A stretch of DNA of 64,000 bases from NCBI GenBank assembly GCA_034927285.1, contig JAYFQF010000011.1, positions 23,670 to 87,669 of the forward strand, in the 5' to 3' direction. The notes beneath the pieces were generated by a model that saw only the letters and a list, made by a program, of their open reading frames with translations, ran no database searches and was not told where the DNA came from. Positions 18,985 through 28,165 of the stretch are shown piece after piece. The DNA is from Peptococcaceae bacterium. Lineage in GTDB: Bacteria; Bacillota; Peptococcia; DRI-13; UBA5745. Position 1 is the first letter of the stretch; every line of letters begins with the position of its first letter. Position numbers and translations under genes: made by a program.

Positions 18985-19043
18985 GTATTCATTTCTCTCG
19001 CGTGAATATTGCATCAATATCTTAATCTTAAATAGGAGGGCTG

Positions 19044-20411
19044 ATGATGATCGAACCAAATAAAATGAGTAATCTCCTGGAGCAGGATCCTTACAAATAC
19101 TCTCTGCAGGATGTGCCGGAGCCCAATTTGTACCGGGATCTCTTCCCCTACTCGGAAGTTCCGAAAATCCCTTTCAATCACCGGCGGGTTCCCATCGGCA
19201 TGCCCAGGGAGATCTGGATTACCGACACCACCTTCCGGGACGGCCAGCAGTCCCGGGCTCCATACAGCGTCCGGCAAATCGTAGATCTGTATAAGCTGAT
19301 GGCGGAGCTGGGCGGGCCCCAGGGCAAGATCCGTCAGACGGAGTTTTTCGTCTACAGCCCCAAGGACCGGGAGGCCCTGACCAAATGTATGGAGCTGGAC
19401 TTGCGGTATCCCGAGCCCACCACCTGGATTCGGGCCACTAAGGAGGACTTCCGCCTGGTAAAGGAAATCGGCATCAAGGAAACCGGCATCTTAGTCAGCT
19501 GCTCCGATTACCATATCTTCAAAAAACTGAAAAAGACCAGGAAACAGGCCATGGAAGGCTATCTGGCGGTGGTTTCCCAGGCCTTGGAGCTGGGTATCCG
19601 GCCCCGCTGCCACCTGGAGGACATCACCCGGGCCGATTACTACGGCTTTGTGGTGCCCTTTGTCAATGAGCTGATGGAGCTTTCCCGCCAGGCCGGCATC
19701 CCGGTGAAGATCCGGGCCTGCGATACCATGGGCTACGGCATCCCCTATTCCGGCGTAGCCCTGCCCCGAAGCGTTCCCGGCATTATCTACGGCCTTCAGC
19801 ATTATTCCGACGTCCCTTCAGAGATGCTGGAATGGCACGGTCATAACGACTTTAACAAAGCGGTGATCAACGCCAGCATAGCCTGGATCTATGGCTGCTG
19901 CGCCGTAAACTGCTCCCTTCTGGGCATCGGCGAAAGGACCGGCAATATCCCCCTGGAATCCATGGTCTTCGAATACGCCTCCCTTAAGGGCACTTTAGAC
20001 GGGATGGAGCCCAGGGTCATCACCGAAATCGCCCGTTATTTCGAAAAAAATATCGGCTATGCCATCCCGCCCATGACCCCTTTTGTCGGCAAAAACTTTA
20101 ATGTTACCCGGGCCGGTATCCACGCCGACGGCCTGATGAAGGATGAAGAGATCTACAATATTTTTGACACGGCAAAGCTGCTGAACCGGCCCGCTTCGGT
20201 AGCCATCAGCGCCACCTCGGGACTGGCGGGCATCGCCTACTGGATCAACGAGCATTATGAGCTTTCCGGCAGCCGGATAGTGACCAAGAAGGATCCTTTG
20301 GTGATCCGGATCAAGGAATGGATCGACGCCCAGTACGCCGAAGGGCGGCAGACAGTCATCAGCGACAGTGAATTGGAGGCCCTGGTTTCGGCTTTTGAGC
20401 CGGAGGTATAA
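19044..20411 (+). CDS. Re-citrate synthase (DRE-TIM metallolyase family)
   Basis: 'PNLYRDLFPY', 'WITDTTFRDGQQ', 'RCHLEDITRAD', 'EWHGHNDF', 'TRAGIHADG'; no LeuA regulatory domain; next to ICDH. Confidence 0.85.
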   Translation: MMIEPNKMSNLLEQDPYKYSLQDVPEPNLYRDLFPYSEVPKIPFNHRRVPIGMPREIWITDTTFRDGQQSRAPYSVRQIVDLYKLMAELGGPQGKIRQTEFFVYSPKDREALTKCMELDLRYPEPTTWIRATKEDFRLVKEIGIKETGILVSCSDYHIFKKLKKTRKQAMEGYLAVVSQALELGIRPRCHLEDITRADYYGFVVPFVNELMELSRQAGIPVKIRACDTMGYGIPYSGVALPRSVPGIIYGLQHYSDVPSEMLEWHGHNDFNKAVINASIAWIYGCCAVNCSLLGIGERTGNIPLESMVFEYASLKGTLDGMEPRVITEIARYFEKNIGYAIPPMTPFVGKNFNVTRAGIHADGLMKDEEIYNIFDTAKLLNRPASVAISATSGLAGIAYWINEHYELSGSRIVTKKDPLVIRIKEWIDAQYAEGRQTVISDSELEALVSAFEPEV

Positions 20412-20423
20412 GGAGGCAAACAT

Positions 20424-21146
20424 ATGGTTCACCAAGGGAAGTTAAACGCCAAGGCAGCCGGCGAAAGCGTCAGTTCGCTGAGCGTCCGGGTGTTTGAGCA
20501 GCTGGAAGAAGCCATCTTAAACGGAAAAATCCTTCCGGGAGAAAACCTGATCGAATTGAAGCTCTCCCAGGAACTGGGGGTCAGCCGCACTCCGGTGCGG
20601 GAAGCCATCCGCATGCTGGAGCAAAAAAGCCTGGTCCAGATCATCCCCAACAAGGGCGCCGTGGTTTTAGGCATAGATTACAAGGATCTCCTGGACATCT
20701 ACACTATTCGTACCTATATCGAAGGTTTGGCCGCCAGATGGGCCGCGGAAAACATCACCGACCTCCAGATCAAGGAACTGCGGGAGATCATCGACCTGCA
20801 GGAGTTTTACTACATCAAGGATTATTCCCAGCAGATCAACGACCTGGATTCCCGCTTCCATGAACGCATCTATGAATACTGCAACAGCAGGACCCTTCAG
20901 CACATGCTGAAGGACCTCCACCACATGATCCAGCATTTCCGCCAGATCTCAATTTCCGCCGCCGGCCGGGCGGAAAAAGCCATCGGGGAGCACCGGGCCA
21001 TCCTGGAGGCCATCTGCAATAAAGACCCCGTCCAGGCGGAACGGCTGACGGTAGACCATATAAATAACGCGAAAGAAAACCTGATCCGCCTGCTGGAAGG
21101 CAAAGGGGAAAATTCGGTCTCCGGCCGGCAGCCGGATGAAAAATAA
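20424..21146 (+). CDS. GntR family regulator with FCD domain
   Basis: 'LGVSRTPVREAIRML', 'DSRFH', 'EHRAILEAI'. Confidence 0.92.
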   Translation: MVHQGKLNAKAAGESVSSLSVRVFEQLEEAILNGKILPGENLIELKLSQELGVSRTPVREAIRMLEQKSLVQIIPNKGAVVLGIDYKDLLDIYTIRTYIEGLAARWAAENITDLQIKELREIIDLQEFYYIKDYSQQINDLDSRFHERIYEYCNSRTLQHMLKDLHHMIQHFRQISISAAGRAEKAIGEHRAILEAICNKDPVQAERLTVDHINNAKENLIRLLEGKGENSVSGRQPDEK

Positions 21147-21166
21147 TTAGAGGAGTTGGGCAAAAT

Positions 21167-22390
21167 ATGGCGAAATTAAATGAGGTCATTACCAATAACG
21201 ATGCTTTTGATACTCTGATGGAACAATCGGAACAAATTGAGGAAGCCTGCGGGAAATTCCGCGCTCTGATGAAGGAGCAGCTGGACCGGGCGGCGGCCAT
21301 CAAGGCCCAGGGGGATTTTATCGACTATAATTCCCTGGATACCGTCACCATCGGCCTTTGCGGCGGCGACGGCATCGGCCCTGTGATTATGGCCGAAACC
21401 TGGCGCATTGCCGGCGAGCTGTTAAAAGAGGAGATCGCTTCCGGCAAGATTTGTCTGAAAGAAATCAAAGGCCTGACCTTAGAAAACCGGCAAAAGGCCG
21501 GCAAAGCCATTCCCGACGACGTGATGGCGGAGCTGAAGTCCTGCCAGGTGATCTTGAAGGGTCCTACCACTACGCCCCAAAAAGGCCAGGCCGGTCCCAA
21601 TATCGAAAGCGCCAACGTGGCTATGCGCAAAGCTTTGGACCTGTTCGCCAATCTGCGTCCCGTAAAGGTGCCGGAACTGGGTATTGACTGGACCTTTTTC
21701 CGGGAAAATACCGAGGGGGCCTACGCTGTGGGCAGCAAGGGATTCGACGTCTCCCGGGATCTGTGCGTGGATTTCACCATCGTCACCCGGGAGGGCTGCC
21801 GGCGTATCATCCAGGCCGCCTTTGATTTTGCGGAAAAAAACGGCAAGACCATGGTCACCGCCGTCACCAAGGCCAATATCATCAAAACCAGCGACGGCAG
21901 GTTCCTGGAGATTTTTCACGAGATCGGCGATAAATATCCCCAGATTGTCAAGGACGAGCGCTATATCGACATCATGACCGCCAATCTGATCAACGAACGC
22001 AACCGCTCCTCCTTCCAGGTTATGGTGCTGCCTAACCTGTACGGCGATATCCTCACCGACGAAGCCGCTCAGCTCCAGGGCGGAGTAGGCACCGCCGGTT
22101 CCGCCAATATCGGTAAGCGTTACGCCATGTTTGAAGCGATCCACGGCTCCGGGGACCGGATGGTGGCCGAAGGCCGGGCTGCTTACGCCAATCCCGCCTC
22201 CATTCTGCGGGCTTTGGCTATGCTTTTATCCCATATCGGCCGCCAGGATAAAGCCGGCGTCCTGGATAAAGCTTTGGATATCTGCCTTATCGAAGAAAAA
22301 AAAGTAGTGGTCACCGGTCATCCCGACGGCGCCTCCTGCCGTCAGTTTGGTGACTACCTGCTGAAGACCATAAAAACCGCCGCCAGATAA
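21167..22390 (+). CDS. Isocitrate/isopropylmalate dehydrogenase family, probably isocitrate dehydrogenase
   Basis: 'GDGIGP', 'LKGPTTTP', 'SANVAMRK', 'RENTEG', 'KANI', 'NLYGDILTD', 'FEAIHGS'; follows Re-citrate synthase. Confidence 0.85.
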   Translation: MAKLNEVITNNDAFDTLMEQSEQIEEACGKFRALMKEQLDRAAAIKAQGDFIDYNSLDTVTIGLCGGDGIGPVIMAETWRIAGELLKEEIASGKICLKEIKGLTLENRQKAGKAIPDDVMAELKSCQVILKGPTTTPQKGQAGPNIESANVAMRKALDLFANLRPVKVPELGIDWTFFRENTEGAYAVGSKGFDVSRDLCVDFTIVTREGCRRIIQAAFDFAEKNGKTMVTAVTKANIIKTSDGRFLEIFHEIGDKYPQIVKDERYIDIMTANLINERNRSSFQVMVLPNLYGDILTDEAAQLQGGVGTAGSANIGKRYAMFEAIHGSGDRMVAEGRAAYANPASILRALAMLLSHIGRQDKAGVLDKALDICLIEEKKVVVTGHPDGASCRQFGDYLLKTIKTAAR

Positions 22391-22458
22391 GCGGCCGTTG
22401 CCTGCAAGCTTTGCCGGCGGCGGCACAGACCACTGCAGGCAGACAGAATTTGCCGGGC

Positions 22459-22523
22459 GGCAGCCTTCCCAAGGGAGTCTTGCCAAAGGGCAGTTTCCCT
22501 TCGGGAAGCTGCCCTCTTTTTTT
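22459..22523 (+). terminator. Tandem similar hairpins ending in an intrinsic terminator
   Basis: ggcagccttccc-aa-gggagtcttgcc then gggcagtttccc-ttc-gggaagctgccc plus T7. Confidence 0.7.
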
Positions 22524-22575
22524 CCGCCGGCAGTGCGGGGCGGCCTCCCATTAAATTCAGAAAGGACTTGAGCCG

Positions 22576-24882
22576 ATGACCGCCGAGGAAAAAAACCAAC
22601 ATCATCAGCAGGAAGCCGGTGCCTCCGGTGGAAAAAGCGATGATCTCAGCCGCAGCCAATTGGATTTCCTGCACGAAAAGGCCTACCTTGAGCAAACGAA
22701 AAGTCTTTTGCACCGTACAATGCTGGAGCTTTTCGATCTGAGGGATGCGGAAAAACAAAAGCTGGCCGAGGCCCGGGAAAGTCTGGCGGAAAACCAGCCC
22801 GCTTCCGCCGGGGATCCGGACAACCAAAACGATACCGGCCAATACCTGACGGAGCTGGAAAACCGGATGGCGGTCTTTCAGCTGTATAATGAGCGGCTGG
22901 AAAAATACAGCCGTCTGCAGGACAGTCCATATTTCGGCCGGATCGATTTTGCCGAGGAAGGCTTTGGCGCCGAGAGCTTCTACATCGGGCGGCAAAGCCT
23001 GCGGGATCCCAAAACCTATCAGATCCAGGTCTGTGACTGGCGCACGCCTCTGGCCAGCCTTTTTTACCAGTGCCTGCCCGGAGAGGCATCCTATGTTTCA
23101 CCGGCCGGCAAGATCCGGGGCCGCCTGCTGCTGAAGCGTCAATATGAGATCCGGCGGGGAGAACTGAAATACTTTTTTGATACGGACCTGCACATCAAGG
23201 ACGATATCCTGAAGACGGTATTATCCCAGCAGGCCTCTCCCAAAATGCGGGCCATCGTGGAAACCCTGCAGGAAACCCAGGACCGCCTGATCCGTAACCG
23301 GGAATCCAGACTTTTGATGATTCAGGGCTCCGCCGGTTCCGGTAAAACCAGCCTGGCCCTGCACCGGGCGGCCTACCTGATGTATCAGGAGATGAAAAAC
23401 GCCCTCTCCGCCAAAGAGATCATCATTATCTCCCCCAACCATCTTTTCACCAAATATATCGACCGGGTGCTGCCGGAGCTGGGCGAAGAAAACATCGCCA
23501 GCCTTACCTTTGAGGATGTATTTTTAGCCAACTTCTCCGGGAGCCTGCCCCTGGAAAGCCGGCGGGAGCAGCTGGACAGGCTTTTAGGGATCCGTGATCA
23601 GGAAGAGTACCTGCTGGAATGCTCGGAGATCGCCTTTAAATCCTCGGCGGAGTTTGCCCTGATCCTGCGGCGTCTGGCGGATTACTATGAACGGCGCATC
23701 AAGGAATTGCCGGAATTCTATTACCACGGCCAATACATCGCCACTTCCCGGGAACTGCGGGAGGAGCTTTTACGGGACCGGGCCGGCATCCCCCTGGCCA
23801 AACGGCTGGGGCAGATGCGAAGCCGCCTGTCGGAAAAGCTGTATAAATCCCGCAAGGCCCGGCTGCCGCAGTTGGAGGACTTTACCACCAATTATCCGGA
23901 CCATCAGCTGGAGGTCCGTTCCTTTGCCCGCCTCTTATCCATGAAGCGCTCGAAGTATTTGAACCGCACTTTGGAGAAGCTGACGGAAATCGACGCGATG
24001 GGCCTTTATCAACGCCTGTTTACGGACCGGGCCCTCTTTGACCATCTGGCCAAAGGGATACGCCTGCCGGAAAATATCGAAGATCTGCTGAAGCATTGCC
24101 GGCAAATGCCCTTAGGCTATAACGACGCCCCGGCCCTCACCTACCTCCGGGTGCTGCTGGAGGGCAGCGCCGACTATCCCCAGTTTCGTCAGGTCATGGT
24201 GGACGAGGCTCAGGATTACGGCCCCCTCCACTTCCTGCTGTTGAGAAAATGGTTTCCCCGGGCGGAATTTACCGTTTTGGGCGACGTCCAGCAAAGCCTG
24301 GCAGAGGATAAAAAGCTGGACTTCTATGAACAGGTGGCCGAAAGCCTGGGTCTTCCCGGTTCTCCCTTAGCCGTATTAAAGGAGACCTACCGCAGTACTG
24401 CGGAGATTTCCGCCTTCTGCCGCCGCCTGGCGGCAGACCCCTCCCTTTTGCTGCCTTTTGACCGCCGGGGTCCGGAACCCGCCTTGCTGCAGGCGGCGGA
24501 CCGGGCAGGCATGGTGGAGCTTTTAACGGGACAAGTAAAAGCTTATCGGGAGGAAGGACTGGGCTCCATTGCTATCATCACCAAAACCGGCGCCGAAGCC
24601 GAAGCCCTCTACCGGGATCTGGCAGGCCGGATAGCCCTGCAGTTAGTTCAGGAAGCAGATAAAGCGGATTTAAGCCGCAGCCTGCTTTTGCCGGTAGCCT
24701 TAGCCAAAGGGCTGGAATTTGACGCCGTCATCCTTTGGGACGCCGGAGCCAACGCCTATTCCTGGCCTGCCCAGCGAAACCTGCTTTATGTGGCCGTCAG
24801 CCGCGCGCTGCACCGTCTGGCCCTGATTTACCAGGGCCCCCCCACCCCTTTGCTCCGGTCAAAGCCCGCGGAAGGAAAGTAG
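22576..24882 (+). CDS. helD: HelD family RNA polymerase recycling helicase-like ATPase
   Basis: 'SPYFGRIDF', 'DWRTP', 'QGSAGSGKTSLALHR', 'YIDRVLPELGE', DEAQD, 'GDVQQ', 'KGLEFDAV', 'YVAVSRA'. Confidence 0.92.
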   Translation: MTAEEKNQHHQQEAGASGGKSDDLSRSQLDFLHEKAYLEQTKSLLHRTMLELFDLRDAEKQKLAEARESLAENQPASAGDPDNQNDTGQYLTELENRMAVFQLYNERLEKYSRLQDSPYFGRIDFAEEGFGAESFYIGRQSLRDPKTYQIQVCDWRTPLASLFYQCLPGEASYVSPAGKIRGRLLLKRQYEIRRGELKYFFDTDLHIKDDILKTVLSQQASPKMRAIVETLQETQDRLIRNRESRLLMIQGSAGSGKTSLALHRAAYLMYQEMKNALSAKEIIIISPNHLFTKYIDRVLPELGEENIASLTFEDVFLANFSGSLPLESRREQLDRLLGIRDQEEYLLECSEIAFKSSAEFALILRRLADYYERRIKELPEFYYHGQYIATSRELREELLRDRAGIPLAKRLGQMRSRLSEKLYKSRKARLPQLEDFTTNYPDHQLEVRSFARLLSMKRSKYLNRTLEKLTEIDAMGLYQRLFTDRALFDHLAKGIRLPENIEDLLKHCRQMPLGYNDAPALTYLRVLLEGSADYPQFRQVMVDEAQDYGPLHFLLLRKWFPRAEFTVLGDVQQSLAEDKKLDFYEQVAESLGLPGSPLAVLKETYRSTAEISAFCRRLAADPSLLLPFDRRGPEPALLQAADRAGMVELLTGQVKAYREEGLGSIAIITKTGAEAEALYRDLAGRIALQLVQEADKADLSRSLLLPVALAKGLEFDAVILWDAGANAYSWPAQRNLLYVAVSRALHRLALIYQGPPTPLLRSKPAEGK

Positions 24883-24930
24883 AGCCCCGGCTTATATTCC
24901 CGTACATGTCTGAAAGAAGGAGAAAGCGGC

Positions 24931-25383
24931 ATGAGTGAAGAGGCACGCCAGATCCGGACAAGCGCGTTATTCAGGCGCCTGTTCAAAACCTCAAGCCTGG
25001 AGCGGTTCATGAAAACAAACGCAGCGGCAATGCGGCTGCAGCCTTTCCACGAATACATAACGGAACTGTGTAAAAAAAGAGGCCAGGTGCCGGAGCATAT
25101 TATCCGGCGGGCGAATATCGAGCGCTCCTTCGGACACCAGCTTTTTAAAGGAACAAAAAAACCCTCCCGGGATACGGTCCTGCAATTGGCCTTCGGATTC
25201 GAAGCCGATCCGGATGCGGCTCAGGAGCTTTTAAGGCATGGGCGGATGAGTCCTTTATATCCCCGGGTAAAGCGGGACGCGGCAATCATCTATTGTCTGC
25301 ATAACCGCTTTACGATCCTGGAAACCCAAAGCGTTCTCCATGAAATGGGGCTGCCGTTGATTGGAGGTGGCCGGGGAAAATGA
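24931..25383 (+). CDS. Small XRE-like HTH protein
   Basis: RBS AAGGAG; 'IIRRANIERSFGHQLFKGTKKPSRDTVLQLAFG', 'LL...LYPRVKRDAAIIYC'; stop overlaps kinase start (ATGA). Confidence 0.75.
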   Translation: MSEEARQIRTSALFRRLFKTSSLERFMKTNAAAMRLQPFHEYITELCKKRGQVPEHIIRRANIERSFGHQLFKGTKKPSRDTVLQLAFGFEADPDAAQELLRHGRMSPLYPRVKRDAAIIYCLHNRFTILETQSVLHEMGLPLIGGGRGK

Positions 25384-26762
25384 AGGACGTCAAAGCGGCG
25401 GTAAATGACATTCTGGATTCCTGTGATAATTTGGCATATCCCCCGGGGTTCCTGGCCGGATACGATCAATTGGAGTGTCTGGCCAAAAGTCACGGCACGG
25501 AAACTTTTTTAGTAAAACAAAAAGGCAGCCAAAAGCTTTTTGTGGCAAAATGCTATGAGAAAAAACCCGATTCTTTCGTGCAGGAAAGCAGCATTTTAAG
25601 ATCCTTAGCGCACAATGGAATGCCTGCCTTTGCCGATGAGTTCCAAAATGACGAAATGGTCTGCATCATCCGCGAATATGTGGAAGGACAGCCTCTGGAC
25701 CGGTATATCGCGGAAAACCAGCTCACCAGTAAAAGGGTTATCGATATCGGCCTTCAGCTTTGCGATATCCTCATTTACCTCCACAGCCGGGAAAAGCCCG
25801 TGATCCACAGAGACATCAAACCCCAGAACATCATCGTAAAAAGTGACGGACAGATCGTTCTCATCGATTTCGACATTTCCAGGGTGTATAAAAGCGAAAA
25901 GGACACCGATACCCGGTTCCTGGGAACAAAGGAATACGCTCCGCCGGAGCAATACGGCTTTTCGCAAACGGATTGCCGCGCCGATATTTATTCCCTGGGG
26001 GTTTTGCTTCGCTTCATGCTGACGGGAAGCGAGAAAGAAAATCCCGGTCTCCGTATCGATAAACCCCTGGGGAGGATTATTAAAAAGTGTACCGCCTTTG
26101 CGCCAAGCCGGCGCTTTGAGAGCGCGGCGGCGGTGAAAAAGGCTTTGCTGGTGGCAAATCCCCAGACGCAGAGGATCCGCAGAGCCCTTTTGGTCCTTTG
26201 CTGGGCCGCGGCTATCGCTTTGTTTTCCCTGGGCGGGATCAGGTGGTATCGCGATGCGGCCCGGGATCCCTTTGCCGCAGGAACCATCCCCGCGGTTTTG
26301 ACAGATGAGGAAAGAGTGGCCGACGCCGTTTCCTATCTGAAAGACAAGTATGGCACGGATCTTTTTGACCAAAGCGGCGCCTATGGGGATATTGGCTTTA
26401 TCAAAACAGTCCTGACGGATATGTACGGATACGACAGGGAATATGTCCACGCCATGCCGGAGGAAGGGCTTCCCCATGAAAGCGAAAAGAATTTCCTTCC
26501 CTGGGGGATGGGGGATGAGCAATATATCCCCCGGGACGTTATGGTTTATGTGGCCGTCAAAATTTATTGGAAGGATAAGGTTTCCGACTATTCAAGCCTG
26601 AAAGACGACAACGGTTATTATCCCGGGGTCCGGGTGGCGGTGGCCTTTGCCGAGGAAACGGGAATACTCACCGGCGTGGGACGGCCTGAGGATATCACCA
26701 AAGGCGAAGTAGCCGTTCTCCTGGCCAACGCCGACAGAGTATACGAAGCCATGAAAGAATAA
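25380..26762 (+). CDS. Hanks-type Ser/Thr protein kinase with TM helix and SLH-like C-terminal ectodomain
   Basis: VAK, HRDIKPQN, DFD, GTKEYAPPEQYG, ADIYSLG; TM 'ALLVLCWAAAIALFSLGGI'; C-terminal 'AEETGILTG...ITKGEVAVLL'. Confidence 0.9.
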   Translation: MKDVKAAVNDILDSCDNLAYPPGFLAGYDQLECLAKSHGTETFLVKQKGSQKLFVAKCYEKKPDSFVQESSILRSLAHNGMPAFADEFQNDEMVCIIREYVEGQPLDRYIAENQLTSKRVIDIGLQLCDILIYLHSREKPVIHRDIKPQNIIVKSDGQIVLIDFDISRVYKSEKDTDTRFLGTKEYAPPEQYGFSQTDCRADIYSLGVLLRFMLTGSEKENPGLRIDKPLGRIIKKCTAFAPSRRFESAAAVKKALLVANPQTQRIRRALLVLCWAAAIALFSLGGIRWYRDAARDPFAAGTIPAVLTDEERVADAVSYLKDKYGTDLFDQSGAYGDIGFIKTVLTDMYGYDREYVHAMPEEGLPHESEKNFLPWGMGDEQYIPRDVMVYVAVKIYWKDKVSDYSSLKDDNGYYPGVRVAVAFAEETGILTGVGRPEDITKGEVAVLLANADRVYEAMKE

Positions 26763-26778
26763 AAACAAAGTTTTCTTC

Positions 26779-26806
26779 AAAGGTGGGCCGGCAGCCCACC
26801 TTTTTC
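26779..26806 (+). terminator. Intrinsic terminator after kinase
   Basis: aaaggtgggc-cggca-gcccaccttttt. Confidence 0.7.
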
Positions 26807-26831
26807 CTTTTTCTTTTTTGTAAAATGATGA

Positions 26832-26850
26832 TGTCAATGACGGTTTGACA
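26832..26850. promoter_or_regulatory. Candidate operator palindrome TGTCAA-N7-TTGACA
   Basis: between TAAAAT (-10-like, 26821-26) and the RBS of the SLH gene. Confidence 0.45.
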
Positions 26851-26874
26851 ATTGATAAAAAAGGAGAAGATGAG

Positions 26875-28152
26875 ATGAAGAAAACGGTAAAAAGCATTCT
26901 GTCCATTATTTTAATGCTGGGGCTGAACCTGATGATGATCCTGCCGGCGTATGGCGCGGATTTCAACGAGGCGGAAACCAAAGCAAAAGCGCTGAAAAAG
27001 ATAGGCTTATTTCACGGGGTATCTGTAAGCGACTTTGATCTGGACCGGGCCCCTACCCGCACGGAGGCCTTGATTATGCTGATCCGCCTCCTTGGCAAAG
27101 AAACCGAGGTTCAGCAGGGGGACTGGGCCCATTCCTTTACCGACGTGGCTTCCTGGGCGGATAAGTATGTGGCCTACGGCTGCCAAAAAGATCTTGCCCA
27201 GGGCGTTTCGTCTACAGAATTCGGCACCGGCAGCGCCGGTTCGGATATGTATCTGACTTTTATGCTGCAGGCTCTCGGTTACAGCGCTTCGGCGGGAGAC
27301 TTCAACGCGACTGCCCCGGCTGACCTGGCTGCGGCGGTGGGAATTCTGCCCGACGGCGCAGATACTTCAAATTTCCTGCGTGAGGACGCGGTGCTGGTGT
27401 CCTGGGCGGCCCTTGAGGCCCAGTTGAAGGACGGCAGCCAGAAACTGGCGGAAAAACTGACGGCACAGGGCTTATTTACAGGCCAGGATTACGCTCTGGC
27501 AGTCAAGCAGGTAAATGAACAAAAGCCCCAACCCCTTTCCGTTTCTTCCCTCCAGGCCCTTAAAACGGCTTTGGCGGATAAAACCGTGAGAACCATTTCC
27601 ATTGATTCCTTAGGGACCCCTCTGGTGGTTACGGGTGAGCTTACCATACCGGCGGGGGTCACCGTAACGGTAAACCGGGGAAATGATTTCTATATCGAAG
27701 GCTCCTTAACAAATAACGGCGCCCTTGAAATTTTAGGCGCCGATTCCTTCACCGACGATTTCATTAATTACTCCGTCATGGCCGTTCAAAAAGGCGGAAA
27801 GGTGATCAATAACGGAAGGCTTAAGCTCTGCGCATCCGTCATCGGGGATGAAGAAGACCGCGGCCCGGTGGGAGGCCAGCTCCGGGTTTTCGACGGCACC
27901 TTTGAAAACAAAGGCTCCCTTTACCTGGAAGACGGAGGGGTCAATACCCACGGCGGCATGGCCCTTGTGGCCGGCGGCGCCTTTACCAACGGGGCCACTG
28001 TGGTGATGAAAGGCTTTTTCTTCCGTATTGAAAACGGATCTTTTATCAATAATGCCGGCGCCGTGGTAATTAACGGCAGCCATATCTATACGAAAGAAAC
28101 CGGTACCTTTACCAATAACGGCACCCTCTCAGGGGCCGCGGTCAATCAATAA
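26875..28152 (+). CDS. Secreted SLH-domain surface protein with Asn/Gly-rich, probably beta-helical C-terminus
   Basis: signal peptide MKKTVK...AYGA; SLH-like 'DLDRAPTRTEALIML', 'FTDVASWADKYVAYG'; repeated xNNG motifs. Confidence 0.8.
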   Translation: MKKTVKSILSIILMLGLNLMMILPAYGADFNEAETKAKALKKIGLFHGVSVSDFDLDRAPTRTEALIMLIRLLGKETEVQQGDWAHSFTDVASWADKYVAYGCQKDLAQGVSSTEFGTGSAGSDMYLTFMLQALGYSASAGDFNATAPADLAAAVGILPDGADTSNFLREDAVLVSWAALEAQLKDGSQKLAEKLTAQGLFTGQDYALAVKQVNEQKPQPLSVSSLQALKTALADKTVRTISIDSLGTPLVVTGELTIPAGVTVTVNRGNDFYIEGSLTNNGALEILGADSFTDDFINYSVMAVQKGGKVINNGRLKLCASVIGDEEDRGPVGGQLRVFDGTFENKGSLYLEDGGVNTHGGMALVAGGAFTNGATVVMKGFFFRIENGSFINNAGAVVINGSHIYTKETGTFTNNGTLSGAAVNQ

Positions 28153-28165
28153 CCGGGCCTAAAGC

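Noticed and set aside
19044-20411. Annotation as 2-isopropylmalate synthase (leuA)
   Set aside because: Has DGQQ rather than DGEQ, the Re-citrate synthase N-terminal extension, no regulatory domain, and an ICDH neighbour.
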